Made by a program: the position numbers and the translations under genes
Notes under the pieces: generated by a model
What the model was told of the DNA's origin: nothing
Databases searched by the model: none
The model's input: the letters and a program-made list of their open reading frames with translations, nothing else
Source: Paracoccaceae bacterium
GTDB lineage: Bacteria; Pseudomonadota; Alphaproteobacteria; Rhodobacterales; Rhodobacteraceae
Direction: 5' to 3'
DNA length: 64,000 bases
Assembly (NCBI GenBank): GCA_045106335.1
Contig: JBGCEM010000054.1
Span: 32,214-96,213, forward strand
Part shown: positions 49,586-60,737 of the stretch, one piece after another
Position numbering within the stretch: position 1 is the stretch's first letter
How the letters are laid out: every line of letters begins with the position of its first letter

Positions 49586-50424
49586 CCGCTGCACAAGCTT
49601 TGGCGGCGGCTGCTGCCCGTTTACGCGCCGCTGGCGTTGATGATCCAGCCCGGGATGCGCGTGTCTTGTTGGCCCATGCGGCAAAAGTCGATGCTACGCG
49701 GATCACATTGATTGCCCCCGAAGATCTAGACCCAGATATCGCAACCCGCTTTGATCAATTGATTTCTTTGCGCGCTGTTCGGGTTCCAGTGTCACATTTG
49801 GTGGGCGAGCGCGCCTTTTATGGTCGTAATTTCAAAGTGTCAGCAGACGTTCTTGATCCAAGACCTGAAACGGAAACACTTATTGAGGCAGCGCTGGCCG
49901 ACCCTTTTGGCAGCGTCTTAGATCTTGGAACTGGCTCTGGCTGTATCTTGGTGACGTTGCTGTGTGAACGCGACCACGCCGTTGGGCTTGGCGTTGATCT
50001 GTCCGAGGCCGCCTGTCTTCAAGCCAGTGCCAATGCACATCTACACCACGTCGCGCGCCGCGCGGATATCAAAACGTCGGACTGGTTTGGGTCGATCACT
50101 GGCACATTCGATCTGATTGTCAGCAATCCCCCGTATCTGAGCTGGGAGGACATGCAGAATGTGCAGCCCGAACTGGCCCGTCACGAACCGCGCATGGCGC
50201 TGACGGATGAGGCGGATGGGCTTACAGCATATCGTCTGATTGCAGAACATAGTCGTCAATTCTTAGAACCTGATGGCCGTGTTTTGGTGGAAATCGGGTG
50301 GACACAAGGGGCAGCCGTTGCCGATTTATTCACAAAGTCCGGTTGGTCAAATGTCACAGTCCTGCCAGATCTGGATGGGCGCGACCGTGTTGTATTGGCC
50401 CGTCACCCGGCCCAATCACGATGA
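49582..50424 (+). CDS. prmC: release factor glutamine N5-methyltransferase PrmC (HemK)
   Basis: ATGA overlap with prfA. Contains the SAM motif LDLGTGSG and the NPPY motif. Confidence 0.9.
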   Translation: MTAAQALAAAAARLRAAGVDDPARDARVLLAHAAKVDATRITLIAPEDLDPDIATRFDQLISLRAVRVPVSHLVGERAFYGRNFKVSADVLDPRPETETLIEAALADPFGSVLDLGTGSGCILVTLLCERDHAVGLGVDLSEAACLQASANAHLHHVARRADIKTSDWFGSITGTFDLIVSNPPYLSWEDMQNVQPELARHEPRMALTDEADGLTAYRLIAEHSRQFLEPDGRVLVEIGWTQGAAVADLFTKSGWSNVTVLPDLDGRDRVVLARHPAQSR

Positions 50425-50627
50425 TTTCCTGCCACTTTGGCGATTCAAACGCGTTTTTCGCAAATTACCCTTGCTCAAACTGATCTGACATGTTTATTCC
50501 AGTGTCACGTCTACAGGTGGGGCAAAGCCCCGGCAGATGTACAATACCCACACAGCCGACCAAAAAAATTTTACGATGCACGGTGCATCCCGGTCCGGCA
50601 AAAGAACCTCAAGGCTCGTCAGATTTA

Positions 50628-51239
50628 ATGAAATCTTCAAGATCCCGGTCCCGGAATAAGAACCGCAATAACAACCGTCCGTCAGGTGGCAACGTCATCA
50701 ATCGGGTGTTCGACTCTTCGGGCCCTGAAGGCAAAGTTCGCGGCACACCGCAGCAGATCATCGACAAGTACAATCAGTTGGCGCGAGATGCCCAGCTGTC
50801 CAATGACCGCGTGGCTGCCGAAAACTTTCAGCAGCACGCAGAGCATTACCTGCGTCTGCTAAGCGAAGCGCAGCGTGAAATTGACGCGCGCCGCGAAGAG
50901 CAAGACCGCCAGAACCGCGAACGTCAAGCCGAACAGGATCGTCAGAACCGCGAACGTCAGGCAGAACGAGACCGCGAGCGTGCCGAGCGTGAAGCCAATG
51001 CACCCGAAGGTGTAAAGCCGACCGAGGCGCCAGTTGATCCCGGGTCAAGCGAGCAGCCCGATGTTGTTGAATCGCCAAAAGATGCCGGTCTTGTCGAGAC
51101 GCCTGAAGACAAACCCAAGCCCAAGCCGAAACGGCCTCGCACGCGCAAACCTAAGCCCAAGCCGGAACCTGCGGCTGCTGGGGACGCGCCTAAAGAAAAA
51201 CCCCCCGAAAGTGATGCGCCAGAGGCTGCCGTAGAGTGA
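50628..51239 (+). CDS. DUF4167 domain protein (basic/acidic, low complexity)
   Basis: ATG 50628. The N-terminus NRVFDSSGPEGKVRGTPQQIIDKYNQLARDA...AENFQQHAEHY is the DUF4167 signature. The C-terminal half is Arg/Glu- and Pro/Lys-rich. Confidence 0.75.
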   Translation: MKSSRSRSRNKNRNNNRPSGGNVINRVFDSSGPEGKVRGTPQQIIDKYNQLARDAQLSNDRVAAENFQQHAEHYLRLLSEAQREIDARREEQDRQNRERQAEQDRQNRERQAERDRERAEREANAPEGVKPTEAPVDPGSSEQPDVVESPKDAGLVETPEDKPKPKPKRPRTRKPKPKPEPAAAGDAPKEKPPESDAPEAAVE

Positions 51240-51790
51240 GCGTAGAACAATGTCCCGGGCTTGGGACATTCGAGTGCGTTACAGACTATGATCGCGGCAC
51301 GTGGGCGCGTATTTACGCCTTTGTGAGATCAGAGCCGAAGGCTTTTTCGCGCGATGCTACGATAGGCGGGCATGTCACGGGCTCTGCCTTTGTGCTCTCA
51401 CCGGACGGCACCTCTGTGCTGCTGACACATCACAAAAAACTGGGGATTTGGATCCAGTTGGGCGGGCATTGTGACGGTATCAAAGATGCAAGCTTTGTCG
51501 CGCTGAAAGAAGCCTATGAAGAAAGTGGGTTGGATCAGATATTTCTATTTAGGCCTAATATCTTTGACGTAGATATTCATGTGATACCTAAGCACAAGTC
51601 CGACCCCGCACACCTGCATTACGATGTGCGGTTTTTGTTCCAGGCGTCTTCGGAAAACGTCACCGTTTCTGAAGAAAGCAACGATTTAGCTTGGATCCCT
51701 TTGCACGACTTACATCTGAAGACATCTGAACCCACAATGCTTCGGATGCGCGATAAGGCCGTTAAATGGATCGCCGCGGATCAGGCTTAG
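51236..51790 (+). CDS. NUDIX hydrolase
   Basis: GTG 51236 overlaps the preceding stop (GTGA). The Nudix box-like segment is [24 protein letters not shown]. Confidence 0.75.
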   Translation: MSVEQCPGLGTFECVTDYDRGTWARIYAFVRSEPKAFSRDATIGGHVTGSAFVLSPDGTSVLLTHHKKLGIWIQLGGHCDGIKDASFVALKEAYEESGLDQIFLFRPNIFDVDIHVIPKHKSDPAHLHYDVRFLFQASSENVTVSEESNDLAWIPLHDLHLKTSEPTMLRMRDKAVKWIAADQA

Positions 51791-52635
51791 CCTTGCGCCG
51801 CTTTCAAGGAGCGCGCCAGGGCGCAAAACCCTTCCAACGGTACAGTTTCCGCGCGATCCGTCGGTTTCAAACCCGCGCCAATCAAGTGCTCTTCAATATC
51901 TGGCGACACAGATTTTAAAGCCGCACGTAGCATTTTACGTCTTTGATTGAACGCCGCTGCGACGACCCGTTCCAGTGTCTTGGCATCCGCGGGAAATCGC
52001 GGTTCTGCTAAGGCGCGCAAATGCACAACGGCAGAGGACACTTTAGGCGCAGGCGTAAAAGCTTCGGGCGGTAAAGACAGCGCAATCTGTGCATTGCATC
52101 GCCAATTTGCCAATAGCGATAAGCGTCCATAGGCTTTGGATCCCGGCGCGGCAACAATCCGCTGCGCAACTTCACGCTGAAACATAAGGGTGAGGCTTTG
52201 CCAATACGGTGGCCAACTGGGCGGCGTTAACCACCGAACCAGCAATTCAGTACCAACATTATAGGGTAGATTCGCAGCGATTCGAATGGGCGGGGTCAGA
52301 TGTGCCAGCGGATTGACCTGCAATGCATCACCTTCCAACACAGTTAACCGTCCGGGATAGGCTGTGGCAATTTCGTTCAGCGCCGGGATGCAACGGGGGT
52401 CTTTTTCGATCGCAAGTACGTGACGCGCGCCTTCAGCCAAAAGCCCGCGCGTTAGCCCGCCCGGTCCAGGGCCAATCTCTAGGACGTCTGTATCACTCAA
52501 ATCCCCGGCAATCCGCGCGATCTTTGCCGTCAAGTTCAAATCTAGCAGGAAGTTCTGTCCCAATGCTTTGCGCGCCGTCAATTCATGCGTGGCCAAAACC
52601 TCACGCAAGGGGGGCAGATCATCGATGCGGCTCAT
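51787..52635 (-). CDS. rsmA: 16S rRNA (adenine1518/1519-N6)-dimethyltransferase RsmA/KsgA
   Basis: Contains [16 protein letters not shown] and NLPYN motifs. ATGA coupling to pdxA. Confidence 0.93.
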   Translation of the reverse strand: MSRIDDLPPLREVLATHELTARKALGQNFLLDLNLTAKIARIAGDLSDTDVLEIGPGPGGLTRGLLAEGARHVLAIEKDPRCIPALNEIATAYPGRLTVLEGDALQVNPLAHLTPPIRIAANLPYNVGTELLVRWLTPPSWPPYWQSLTLMFQREVAQRIVAAPGSKAYGRLSLLANWRCNAQIALSLPPEAFTPAPKVSSAVVHLRALAEPRFPADAKTLERVVAAAFNQRRKMLRAALKSVSPDIEEHLIGAGLKPTDRAETVPLEGFCALARSLKAAQG

Positions 52636-53600
52636 AAAGTTGGAGCCATGCGGGATGCCATACGGATTGCCTCGATCATCGAACTTGGATTGGCAGTCCC
52701 GCTGCCTGCAATATCAAACGCTGTTCCGTGATCAGGTGAGGTTCGCACGAATGGTAGACCCAACGTGACATTCACGCCGCGATCGAAATCCAGAGTCTTA
52801 ATTGGGATCAATGCTTGATCGTGATACATGCAAATCGCGGCATCATATGTTTCCCGCGCTGCAGCATGAAACATCGTATCTGCCGACATCGGACCGCGCA
52901 AGTCTACACCGGTTTGCGCGATCTCGTGCACCAATGGTGCAATCCAATCCAGTTCCTCTTTGCCCATCGCCCCACCTTCGCCCGCATGGGGGTTAAGCCC
53001 GGCCACAGCAATGCGCGGTGCGGTGATCCCGAACTGATCTTGCAATCCTTGTGCTGTGATTTGAATAGTGCGGCGCAAAAGATCAGGTTTAAGCTGCTTG
53101 GACACCTGAGCCAGGGCAATGTGGATCGTCGCCGGCACCACACGCAATTGCTCCGAGGCCAACATCATCACAACATCGACGCCGCCCGCTAAATGCGCCA
53201 AATATTCTGTATGCCCTGGCCAAGCAAAATCCGCGCCGTCTTGCAGCACCTTCTTGTGGATCGGCGCAGTACAAATCCCACCAGCCGCACCAGTTTGCGC
53301 CAATGCCACCGCCCGTTTGATCACGTCAATCACGGATTGCGCATGGGACAATTTTGGCTGTCCCGGCGTACGCTGACCGGGGAAGGTATGCCGTAGAACG
53401 GGCAGAGCGCTTGGGCAAACGGCATTTGCCTCAGACGGGGATGTTATCACTGCAACGGGTGTTTCGTTCGGCACATGGTCAGGATCCCCAATCCAGAACA
53501 CCGGCACGTCATCGCGCAATATCTGCCATGCGGCAGCTGCGATTTCCGGACCAATCCCTGCAGGTTCACCGCAAGTGATCGCGATTGGAGTATGGTTCAT
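52632..53600 (-). CDS. pdxA: 4-hydroxythreonine-4-phosphate dehydrogenase
   Basis: Contains [16 protein letters not shown] and [13 protein letters not shown] motifs. Confidence 0.93.
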   Translation of the reverse strand: MNHTPIAITCGEPAGIGPEIAAAAWQILRDDVPVFWIGDPDHVPNETPVAVITSPSEANAVCPSALPVLRHTFPGQRTPGQPKLSHAQSVIDVIKRAVALAQTGAAGGICTAPIHKKVLQDGADFAWPGHTEYLAHLAGGVDVVMMLASEQLRVVPATIHIALAQVSKQLKPDLLRRTIQITAQGLQDQFGITAPRIAVAGLNPHAGEGGAMGKEELDWIAPLVHEIAQTGVDLRGPMSADTMFHAAARETYDAAICMYHDQALIPIKTLDFDRGVNVTLGLPFVRTSPDHGTAFDIAGSGTANPSSMIEAIRMASRMAPTL

Positions 53601-54811
53601 TTTTCGCGAATACGCGCATCTGCGCGAAGCTCTTCGATGAAGCTATCTGCCAAAGCTGTAAGACGCTCTTGACGCAGTCGCCCTGCGATGGCTTCGCGTG
53701 ACACATCCTCATTGGCGGCAGCAGTACGCCCACACATCATCAAAAACACCAGTGATTGACCATCATTAGAAACAAGCGCAGTGGACACTTCGTCTTCGTC
53801 TAACTTGGCCAATTCCAACGCGATATTCTGAGGAATTTCAGCAGGGGCTTTGACGTCGCGCAACAATTGTTCGTCAGGGCCGTCCTTATTGATAGCATAC
53901 AGATCGTCGCACACATCAACTTGTGCACGCAATTTCGCCGCCTGTGCAAGCGCAGCTTCAGAACGTCCGCCAGGTATGAAATATTGGGCATATTCAATGG
54001 CTGCATATTCTTGCGCTGGGGCATCCGTTTCTTCAATCGCCCGCAGTTGGAACAGCGCCACCGCATTAGGAAGTGGCAGCGGAGACGTCACTTCGCCGGG
54101 GGCCAAAGCCAAGATCAAGGGGCGCAAAGGGGCGGGTAAATTTGTCAACGGCGTCCAAGGCAATTGCCCCCCACGTCCACGCGACGCTGTGGCAGAAAAC
54201 CGACGCGCATTGGCTGAAAATTCTCCAAAGCTTGCCGATTGCGCAATCCGCTCTGCGCGGGCCAATACAGCTGCCTGTTGGTTGGGCGGTGCGGGCATGA
54301 TGATTTCTGACAGCAAAACCCGCACGCCACTTGTGCCGGTCGTTGCGGCTAACGCACGGTCAATCTCGGCCTCAGTGACTTGCACGCGTGGGCCAAAACG
54401 GGCGCGCACCAAATCGCGCCAAGCGATTCCAACAGCGATGAAATCACGGAAAGTTTCAGGTGCAACACCGCGTTGGCCAATGGCTTTTATGAACTCTTCA
54501 GGGCTGAGATTGGCACGACCGGCAAATTCAGCCATTCCGTCTTCGATCCCCGTTTCAGATAATTCTAAGCCTGCCACGCGAATGGCTTGCGCGCGCAGCT
54601 TGTCGTTGATCAGCTCGGCGCGCGCAACATCAGCCCCTGAATTGGCCGGCGAAATAACCCGCAAAAACAGTTCGCGTTGTTGCAGCTCGTAGGCTGTAAT
54701 GATGTCTTCATTCACCTGTAGGACGGCGGCAAAAGGGTTTTGCGCCAAGGTTACAAATGGCGTCATAACAAAGGCACAGCAAAGGCTGATCAAGAGGCGG
54801 GGGATGAGCAT
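53597..54811 (-). CDS. surA: SurA-like periplasmic chaperone / peptidyl-prolyl isomerase family protein
   Basis: Signal peptide MLIPRLLISLCCAFVMTPFVTLAQ. Its position between lptD and pdxA matches the conserved lptD-surA-pdxA-rsmA order. Confidence 0.8.
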   Translation of the reverse strand: MLIPRLLISLCCAFVMTPFVTLAQNPFAAVLQVNEDIITAYELQQRELFLRVISPANSGADVARAELINDKLRAQAIRVAGLELSETGIEDGMAEFAGRANLSPEEFIKAIGQRGVAPETFRDFIAVGIAWRDLVRARFGPRVQVTEAEIDRALAATTGTSGVRVLLSEIIMPAPPNQQAAVLARAERIAQSASFGEFSANARRFSATASRGRGGQLPWTPLTNLPAPLRPLILALAPGEVTSPLPLPNAVALFQLRAIEETDAPAQEYAAIEYAQYFIPGGRSEAALAQAAKLRAQVDVCDDLYAINKDGPDEQLLRDVKAPAEIPQNIALELAKLDEDEVSTALVSNDGQSLVFLMMCGRTAAANEDVSREAIAGRLRQERLTALADSFIEELRADARIREK

Positions 54812-56919
54812 GTTCTTTTGGTGCTTTCTGTTCCTGATTTGGCTGAAAAGCCACTAAGTCCGATGGATAGGCTAAGCGTGGTGGACGGTTCAACCACTGT
54901 TGATGTGGCAAACCGGCGGAAGACATCGAAATTTAACGTTACACATTCATTGGTATATTCCAGCCCTAATCCTGCCCAAGAGGATCTATCATCCTCAAGA
55001 TCATAGCGCCAAAGCCCAGAGAAATTCCAGTGCCGCGCTACAAGATATTGACCGTTGACGGTTAGCTCAGAGACAGCGCGGTTGCGATTTTCGTCGCTGT
55101 CTTCGTCCAACCACACATAACCGGCGCCCAGCTTTCCTTTGCCGCGGGTGTAATCGGCACGCATTTCGGCCTTCGAAAAGTTGAATTCTGAATCAAACAG
55201 CGCACGCCCCGCCAGGGCAAGTCCAGACTGACTGCGCAAAATTCCCGAAATAAGCGTATCCGAGCGGGCGCCGTCTAAGCCCGACGTGGCGTTGAAATCG
55301 GGATGCGCGTCGTCTCGGATCAACTGCCCAACCGCAATATAACTTTCCCAACCATTGGGATCATAGCGCGCCCAATTCAAACCAACGGCCAAGACGGATC
55401 CATGCTCGCGCCGGTCAGCTTCGGGAAACCGTGACAGGGCCAACAAATTGCCCTCGTCAAACTCCACGCTCCGACTTTCATCATCGGGTACATTTGCGGG
55501 CGCACCGCCTGTCCAAGCCAACTGAACCACAGGTTCCAGATAATGAAGTGTTCCGTTTTGCGTGGTTTTTCGCAGGGGATAGCGCAGGGCCAAAGAGGCT
55601 TGCGGGATGGCTTGGGTTTGGGATCCGGCGAAAACGTCGTCTTGCCGGGTTTCAAATACCTGTAATGCGACGCCAACTTTCGCATCGGCTTGCACCCCAT
55701 GCATCCCGTGCCAACTGCGCAGCCAAAACAGATCCGCCTGCAAACGCGCCACATCACGTCCCGCGCCAGACACAGGACTGCGCGATGTGCGCTGGTGCCC
55801 ATGGGCGGCCAGGCTGAGACGCAGTTCGCCCCCCAGCGTTTTTGGAAAATAGCGACGTTCAAAATTGCCGTCCAAAACTAAAGTCGGCAATTGGGACTGG
55901 ATCTCGTCCGTGCGCAGGCTGTGATAAACGATCGCACTGCCCAAAATATATTCATCGCGCCGGGTGCGGCTAAGCGCGATTTGACTGTCCAGCCTGGATT
56001 TAAACGAATAGCCATATTGCGCCAAATAGGCATTGTCCGAGGCCACTTCGACGTCAAATCGCAGAACATAGCCGCGTCCGACCCCAAAAGATCCGCCGCC
56101 CATCACATAAAAACGGTCCTCATCGGGCAGCAACGTATCGCGCGACACTGCGCCGTCAAAGGTGATGCGCCCCGTGCGAAATGCTTGCCGATAGCGGGCT
56201 TCTAAGGTGCGTGTTTCAGACGACAGATAAGGCCTTAGCGTCAAATCTTTGTGATCGCCCAATCGGATGAAATAGGGAATATTAATTCCCAGACCCAGCT
56301 GCGAGTTGCTGCGCAAACGCGGGATCAAAAAACCTGTGGCGCGTTCGACAGTCGGATCTGGCAGCCGCAATCGCGGCAAATACAAGATCGGAACGGGTCC
56401 CACGCGCAATGTGGCGTGGTCGAAATACAGTTGCCGTTCTTCTTTGTCATGTACCACACGTTTGGCGCGGATATGCCACAGCGGCAGCTGACCCTCTTCG
56501 CAGATCCGGCACGACGTGGCTGCAACTTTGTAGAGCTGGCTGTAGCGCGTATCGATCCTGTCAATTTGCACGGCGGCAAATTGCAGCTGTTCGTTGATTA
56601 CCATCCGCGCAGAACGCAAAATCCCCGTGAACAAGACACTGTCCAACTCTGCCTGTGTGGCCAGAATGGTGGTCTTTGTGCCATCTTTCACAGAAAGGGG
56701 GCCGTCAATGATCAAACTGTCCTTTCGTTGATTATACGTGATCCGCGGCGCCTTTACGGTCACGCCGTTTTGAAAGACTTCAACATTGCCTGTCGCAACA
56801 AGCGTGTCATCGGCTTCCAACCGCACGTTGTCGGCAATCAAGATCGCAGGCGGGGATTGCGCAAAAGACATAGGCGCAAGACAAAGCCAGATCAGGACGA
56901 GGGTGAGGGCGCGCAACAT
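54790..56919 (-). CDS. lptD: LPS-assembly outer-membrane protein LptD
   Basis: 709 aa with a signal peptide, an N-terminal OstA-like domain and a large beta-barrel rich in aromatic/Gly strands. Synteny with lptF/G and surA. Confidence 0.9.
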   Translation of the reverse strand: MLRALTLVLIWLCLAPMSFAQSPPAILIADNVRLEADDTLVATGNVEVFQNGVTVKAPRITYNQRKDSLIIDGPLSVKDGTKTTILATQAELDSVLFTGILRSARMVINEQLQFAAVQIDRIDTRYSQLYKVAATSCRICEEGQLPLWHIRAKRVVHDKEERQLYFDHATLRVGPVPILYLPRLRLPDPTVERATGFLIPRLRSNSQLGLGINIPYFIRLGDHKDLTLRPYLSSETRTLEARYRQAFRTGRITFDGAVSRDTLLPDEDRFYVMGGGSFGVGRGYVLRFDVEVASDNAYLAQYGYSFKSRLDSQIALSRTRRDEYILGSAIVYHSLRTDEIQSQLPTLVLDGNFERRYFPKTLGGELRLSLAAHGHQRTSRSPVSGAGRDVARLQADLFWLRSWHGMHGVQADAKVGVALQVFETRQDDVFAGSQTQAIPQASLALRYPLRKTTQNGTLHYLEPVVQLAWTGGAPANVPDDESRSVEFDEGNLLALSRFPEADRREHGSVLAVGLNWARYDPNGWESYIAVGQLIRDDAHPDFNATSGLDGARSDTLISGILRSQSGLALAGRALFDSEFNFSKAEMRADYTRGKGKLGAGYVWLDEDSDENRNRAVSELTVNGQYLVARHWNFSGLWRYDLEDDRSSWAGLGLEYTNECVTLNFDVFRRFATSTVVEPSTTLSLSIGLSGFSAKSGTESTKRTCSSPAS

Positions 56920-56921
56920 AG

Positions 56922-58022
56922 CTATCCGTCCTCAGCGTGTAAAATCAGCCCAAAGGCCAAAAGGATCGCGGCAATTGGGACGGCCCAAGTGGACAAGTAA
57001 ATACCCAACTGTCCGTTCTCGCCTAGGATCGTCGCAAAACTGCGTACGAAATACATCGCAAATCCAAGTAAAACGGCAGATACGACAGCAAGGCCTGTGC
57101 CGCCCAACCGGGTGTGACGCATGGTAAACGCGGCGCCAACCAACACCATGGCCACAAGAAATAAGGGACGGGACAGTTCTGCCTGAAACCACACGCGGTG
57201 ACGCTGCGCCGAAAATCCAGCCTGTTCCAGTTGCGCTATGAACTCAGACATATCCCACAGCGAAATCCCTGACTTCGCGCCCAAACTTTCGCGAATTCGA
57301 TCCAAGGTCAACGTCGAGGGCACTTCCAAGCGATCAAACCGTTGCGCCGCTGCTTCAGGGTTCGTGTCTTGCATCAGTGGCCACTGCTTGACATCCTGAA
57401 GCGACCAAAGTCCGGGCAATAGCGCAGCACTTGCGGCCTCAAGCCGTTGTACGGGGCCGCCGTTCGGTGCGTAGGTTAGAAAAGTCACATCATACAAGAT
57501 CGACGCATCGGCATTGGATCGCGCGGCCCGGATCACGCTTTGCCCCGCGTCACTGCCTTGGCGCAACCACAACCCTTCGCTGGATACGGACAGGGTCGCA
57601 GTCCCGCCGGCTTGATAGGATTCAGACAACACCGAAAACCGATTGGAAAACGCCGCAACCATGGGGCCCAACGACGTCACCGCGAGCACGCCGATTAAAA
57701 AGGCCACTGTGACCGGCGCAAACAAGGCCCGCGTAGCTGACCTTCCTGCAGCGCGCGTAACTACCATTTCTGAACTGCGCGCAAAATTGATGAACAATGT
57801 AATGGTTGCCAATAACAGGATCAGCGGAAGGATTTGATTTAACGTGCCCGGCGTCTTCAACAGCATCAACTGAAAAATTTGTCCAAAGCCAATATCGTCG
57901 ACCTTCGAGAAATCTCGGAGTAAGTCGACCAAATCAACCAAAGCGGTCAGGCAAAACAAAATGACGGCCAGTCCCAAACACATCAGCGCAAATCGGCGGG
58001 CGAAGTAAAGATGTAAGATCAT
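56922..58022 (-). CDS. lptG: LPS export ABC transporter permease LptG
   Basis: 366 aa with the YjgP/YjgQ topology of 6 TM plus a periplasmic domain. ATGA coupling to lptF. Confidence 0.88.
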   Translation of the reverse strand: MILHLYFARRFALMCLGLAVILFCLTALVDLVDLLRDFSKVDDIGFGQIFQLMLLKTPGTLNQILPLILLLATITLFINFARSSEMVVTRAAGRSATRALFAPVTVAFLIGVLAVTSLGPMVAAFSNRFSVLSESYQAGGTATLSVSSEGLWLRQGSDAGQSVIRAARSNADASILYDVTFLTYAPNGGPVQRLEAASAALLPGLWSLQDVKQWPLMQDTNPEAAAQRFDRLEVPSTLTLDRIRESLGAKSGISLWDMSEFIAQLEQAGFSAQRHRVWFQAELSRPLFLVAMVLVGAAFTMRHTRLGGTGLAVVSAVLLGFAMYFVRSFATILGENGQLGIYLSTWAVPIAAILLAFGLILHAEDG

Positions 58023-59140
58023 GTCGTAACCCTGCGCCGCCAGCGGATGGGGTAGGCTGTCAAGGTCAACAAACCTGCCGTAAGCCCCAAGCCCAGCAGC
58101 GCGGGCACATAGGCCATAATCCAGGCGTCAGGATTTGCCCGTACCGTATCCGTAAGTCCCGCGCGCAAACTGTCGAGCACCATCAGCAAGCTAAAGGCGG
58201 CAATACATTGCGGCCATGTCCCAAAGCGGGAAAAGCCGCTGCTGATCAGGACTGCGAATCCAAACAGGGCGGTGACCATTGTAAAAACGGGCTGGGCAAA
58301 CCGAGAATGGAATTCTTCCGTGATATGCCCTACACTTTCGCCCGTTTCGGCTTGGATCAATGCCATACCTTGGGACAATTGCCAGGTCGTCATTGCGCGC
58401 GACTCGCGTTTGAAATTGCCCTCGGATATGATCATTCCGCTGATATCATAGGAAAAATCTTCGAACACGGCAGAGCTCAGACGCTCGGTTTCGGGATTAT
58501 AGCGCTGCGCGAGCCCGTCCAGCATCAGCAGAGACGTCTGACCTTGCTGGCGCACCAAATAGGCGGTGGCTGCAGTGTAAATCACCCGTTGATCTGCGCC
58601 GCGCCGATCCGACAAGAATACGTCGCGCAGCACGCCGTCCTCATCAATGTCGCGCGTGTACAGCGTCACCCCGTCTGAGGGGTGCAAAAACGCGCCTTCC
58701 GTCAGCAGCCGCGCGGTCACGTCTTGATTGACCTCGTTTTCGCGAATTTCCAGGCGATCCAGCGCCGTAGGCACTAGATAGTGACCCAAAGTCGCCACCA
58801 TGCCACCTACAATCAACGAAAAGAAAAACACGGGGCGCGCAAGCCGCCAAGGCCCCGAGCCGGTGGCCTGCATGACCGTCATTTCTGACTCATTGGACAA
58901 GCGGTTGGTCACATAAACGGACGCTGCGAAGGCCGCCAATGGCATGACAGCCAAAACGATCCGGGGCAATCCAAGGGCCGTGAACTCTAAAAATACCAAA
59001 GTTGACTGCCCGTCTGCAATCAACTGATCAAACAACCGCACTGCGCGACTGATCCAAAACACGGCCACCAACACCAGCGCAAAGAACCCGAAAAACAACA
59101 GGAGTTGCGACAGCATATATCTGTCGAATTTGGCCAACAT
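58019..59140 (-). CDS. lptF: LPS export ABC transporter permease LptF
   Basis: ATG 59140 (MLAKFDRYMLSQ), with AGGAG 4-5 nt upstream. YjgP/YjgQ family. Confidence 0.88.
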   Translation of the reverse strand: MLAKFDRYMLSQLLLFFGFFALVLVAVFWISRAVRLFDQLIADGQSTLVFLEFTALGLPRIVLAVMPLAAFAASVYVTNRLSNESEMTVMQATGSGPWRLARPVFFFSLIVGGMVATLGHYLVPTALDRLEIRENEVNQDVTARLLTEGAFLHPSDGVTLYTRDIDEDGVLRDVFLSDRRGADQRVIYTAATAYLVRQQGQTSLLMLDGLAQRYNPETERLSSAVFEDFSYDISGMIISEGNFKRESRAMTTWQLSQGMALIQAETGESVGHITEEFHSRFAQPVFTMVTALFGFAVLISSGFSRFGTWPQCIAAFSLLMVLDSLRAGLTDTVRANPDAWIMAYVPALLGLGLTAGLLTLTAYPIRWRRRVTT

Positions 59141-59269
59141 GTGTCTCCTGGGGCAGGTGTTGTGTTCCTTTAACAGCAATAGACCATATGATGCGCGGGG
59201 AAAACTGTATTCTGGCCTTATTGGTACAGGCGCGCTAGGTCATTAATCAGAAGCAAAAAGGACACGATA

Positions 59270-60736
59270 ATGCCCCCCATCCAACCGCGTTTTATCGAAA
59301 CAGATATCGACACTTTGGCGACACTTACAGGACGCATTGCCGTTCTGGTGACGCCCGAGGGCAAACTGGATATCGGCGGACGGCGGATCAATCGGTTGTC
59401 TAAAAGCGCAGTTTCCCGTGTTGTGGAAAGTGATGTGTTCGAAAAACTGGGCGTTGGCAAAGTGATTCCCGTAGCCTTCCCGGCGGGTCTTGCCGCGCAA
59501 GCCATTGATATCGTGAAGATTCCACGCAATGTTTCGGACTTGCAAGCGCGCAAAGCTGGGGCTGCCTTGGCCAAGTTGGCAGGCACGTCGAATGTCACAA
59601 TTCTGGCTGGAAATCTGCGTCGCGCGCAGGATCTTACATTTGGTGTGGTTGCGCGATCCTACACCTTCACTGCCCATAAATCCAAACCAAATGAAACCGC
59701 CGGTGCTGTCGTGACGATGTGCACAGCACCCGAAGAGACCGCAGCTGCCTTTGCGCCGTTAAGCGCTGTTTCTGAGGGCATGTTCATGACGCGTGATCTG
59801 ATCAATGAACCTGCAAATATTCTGACCACGACTGAGTTTGCCAACCGATTGGACGAGATGTCGGCTTTAGGACTTGCAGTTGAAGTTTTAGATGAGGAAG
59901 AGCTTGCAAGCCTCGGCATGAGAACGCTTTTATCTGTTGGTCAAGGTTCAGATTCGCCATCCAAAGTTGTTGTGATGCAGTGGAATGGCGGCAATGAGGG
60001 CGACGCGCCACTGGCTTTGATCGGCAAAGGTGTCGTATTTGACACGGGTGGGATTAGCCTTAAACCCGCAGGTGGTATGGAAGACATGACCATGGATATG
60101 GGTGGAGCGGGCGTGGTTGCCGGCACGATGCGGGCGCTGGCGATGCGTAAAGCCAAGGCCAATGTTGTTGGGATCGTCGGCTTGGTGGAAAACATGCCTT
60201 CAAGCAATGCCACACGTCCCGGCGATGTGATTACTTCGATGAAAGGCGACACTGTCGAGATTATCAACACGGATGCCGAAGGTCGTTTGGTGCTGTGTGA
60301 TATCATGTGGTATGCGCAGGAGCGGTTTAAGCCCATGGGCATGGTCGATCTGGCGACGCTGACTGGCGCGATCATTATCGGACTTGGCCACGACAATGCG
60401 GGCGTGTTTTCCAATGATGATACATTCTGCGATGCCTTCCTGGAAGCCGCGCAGGCTGAGGGTGAAGGCGCGTGGCGCATGCCCTTGGGCCAATCTTACG
60501 ACGATCAACTGAAATCGCGAATTGCGGATATGAAAAATGTTGGCGGCCGGCCAGCGGGCTCGATCACAGCGGCGCAGTTTTTGCAACGCTTTGTGCAAGA
60601 TGGCGTACCCTGGATCCACCTGGACATTGCCGGTGTCGCGTCGGTGAAAACAGAAACTGATCTGGCCCCCAAAGGGGCTACGGGTTGGGGTGTTTTGTCG
60701 CTCAACCGATTGGTCGCGGATTTGTGCGAAAGCTAA
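59270..60736 (+). CDS. pepA: leucyl aminopeptidase (M17)
   Basis: NTDAEGRLVLCD and the GKGVVFDTGGISLKP region are M17 catalytic motifs. Confidence 0.93.
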   Translation: MPPIQPRFIETDIDTLATLTGRIAVLVTPEGKLDIGGRRINRLSKSAVSRVVESDVFEKLGVGKVIPVAFPAGLAAQAIDIVKIPRNVSDLQARKAGAALAKLAGTSNVTILAGNLRRAQDLTFGVVARSYTFTAHKSKPNETAGAVVTMCTAPEETAAAFAPLSAVSEGMFMTRDLINEPANILTTTEFANRLDEMSALGLAVEVLDEEELASLGMRTLLSVGQGSDSPSKVVVMQWNGGNEGDAPLALIGKGVVFDTGGISLKPAGGMEDMTMDMGGAGVVAGTMRALAMRKAKANVVGIVGLVENMPSSNATRPGDVITSMKGDTVEIINTDAEGRLVLCDIMWYAQERFKPMGMVDLATLTGAIIIGLGHDNAGVFSNDDTFCDAFLEAAQAEGEGAWRMPLGQSYDDQLKSRIADMKNVGGRPAGSITAAQFLQRFVQDGVPWIHLDIAGVASVKTETDLAPKGATGWGVLSLNRLVADLCES

Positions 60737-60737
60737 C

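Noticed and set aside
53850-57000. Plus-strand ORFs 53850..54692 (280 aa) and 56251..57000 (249 aa)
   Set aside because: They are antisense to surA and to lptD/lptG respectively. They have no motifs and are shadow ORFs.
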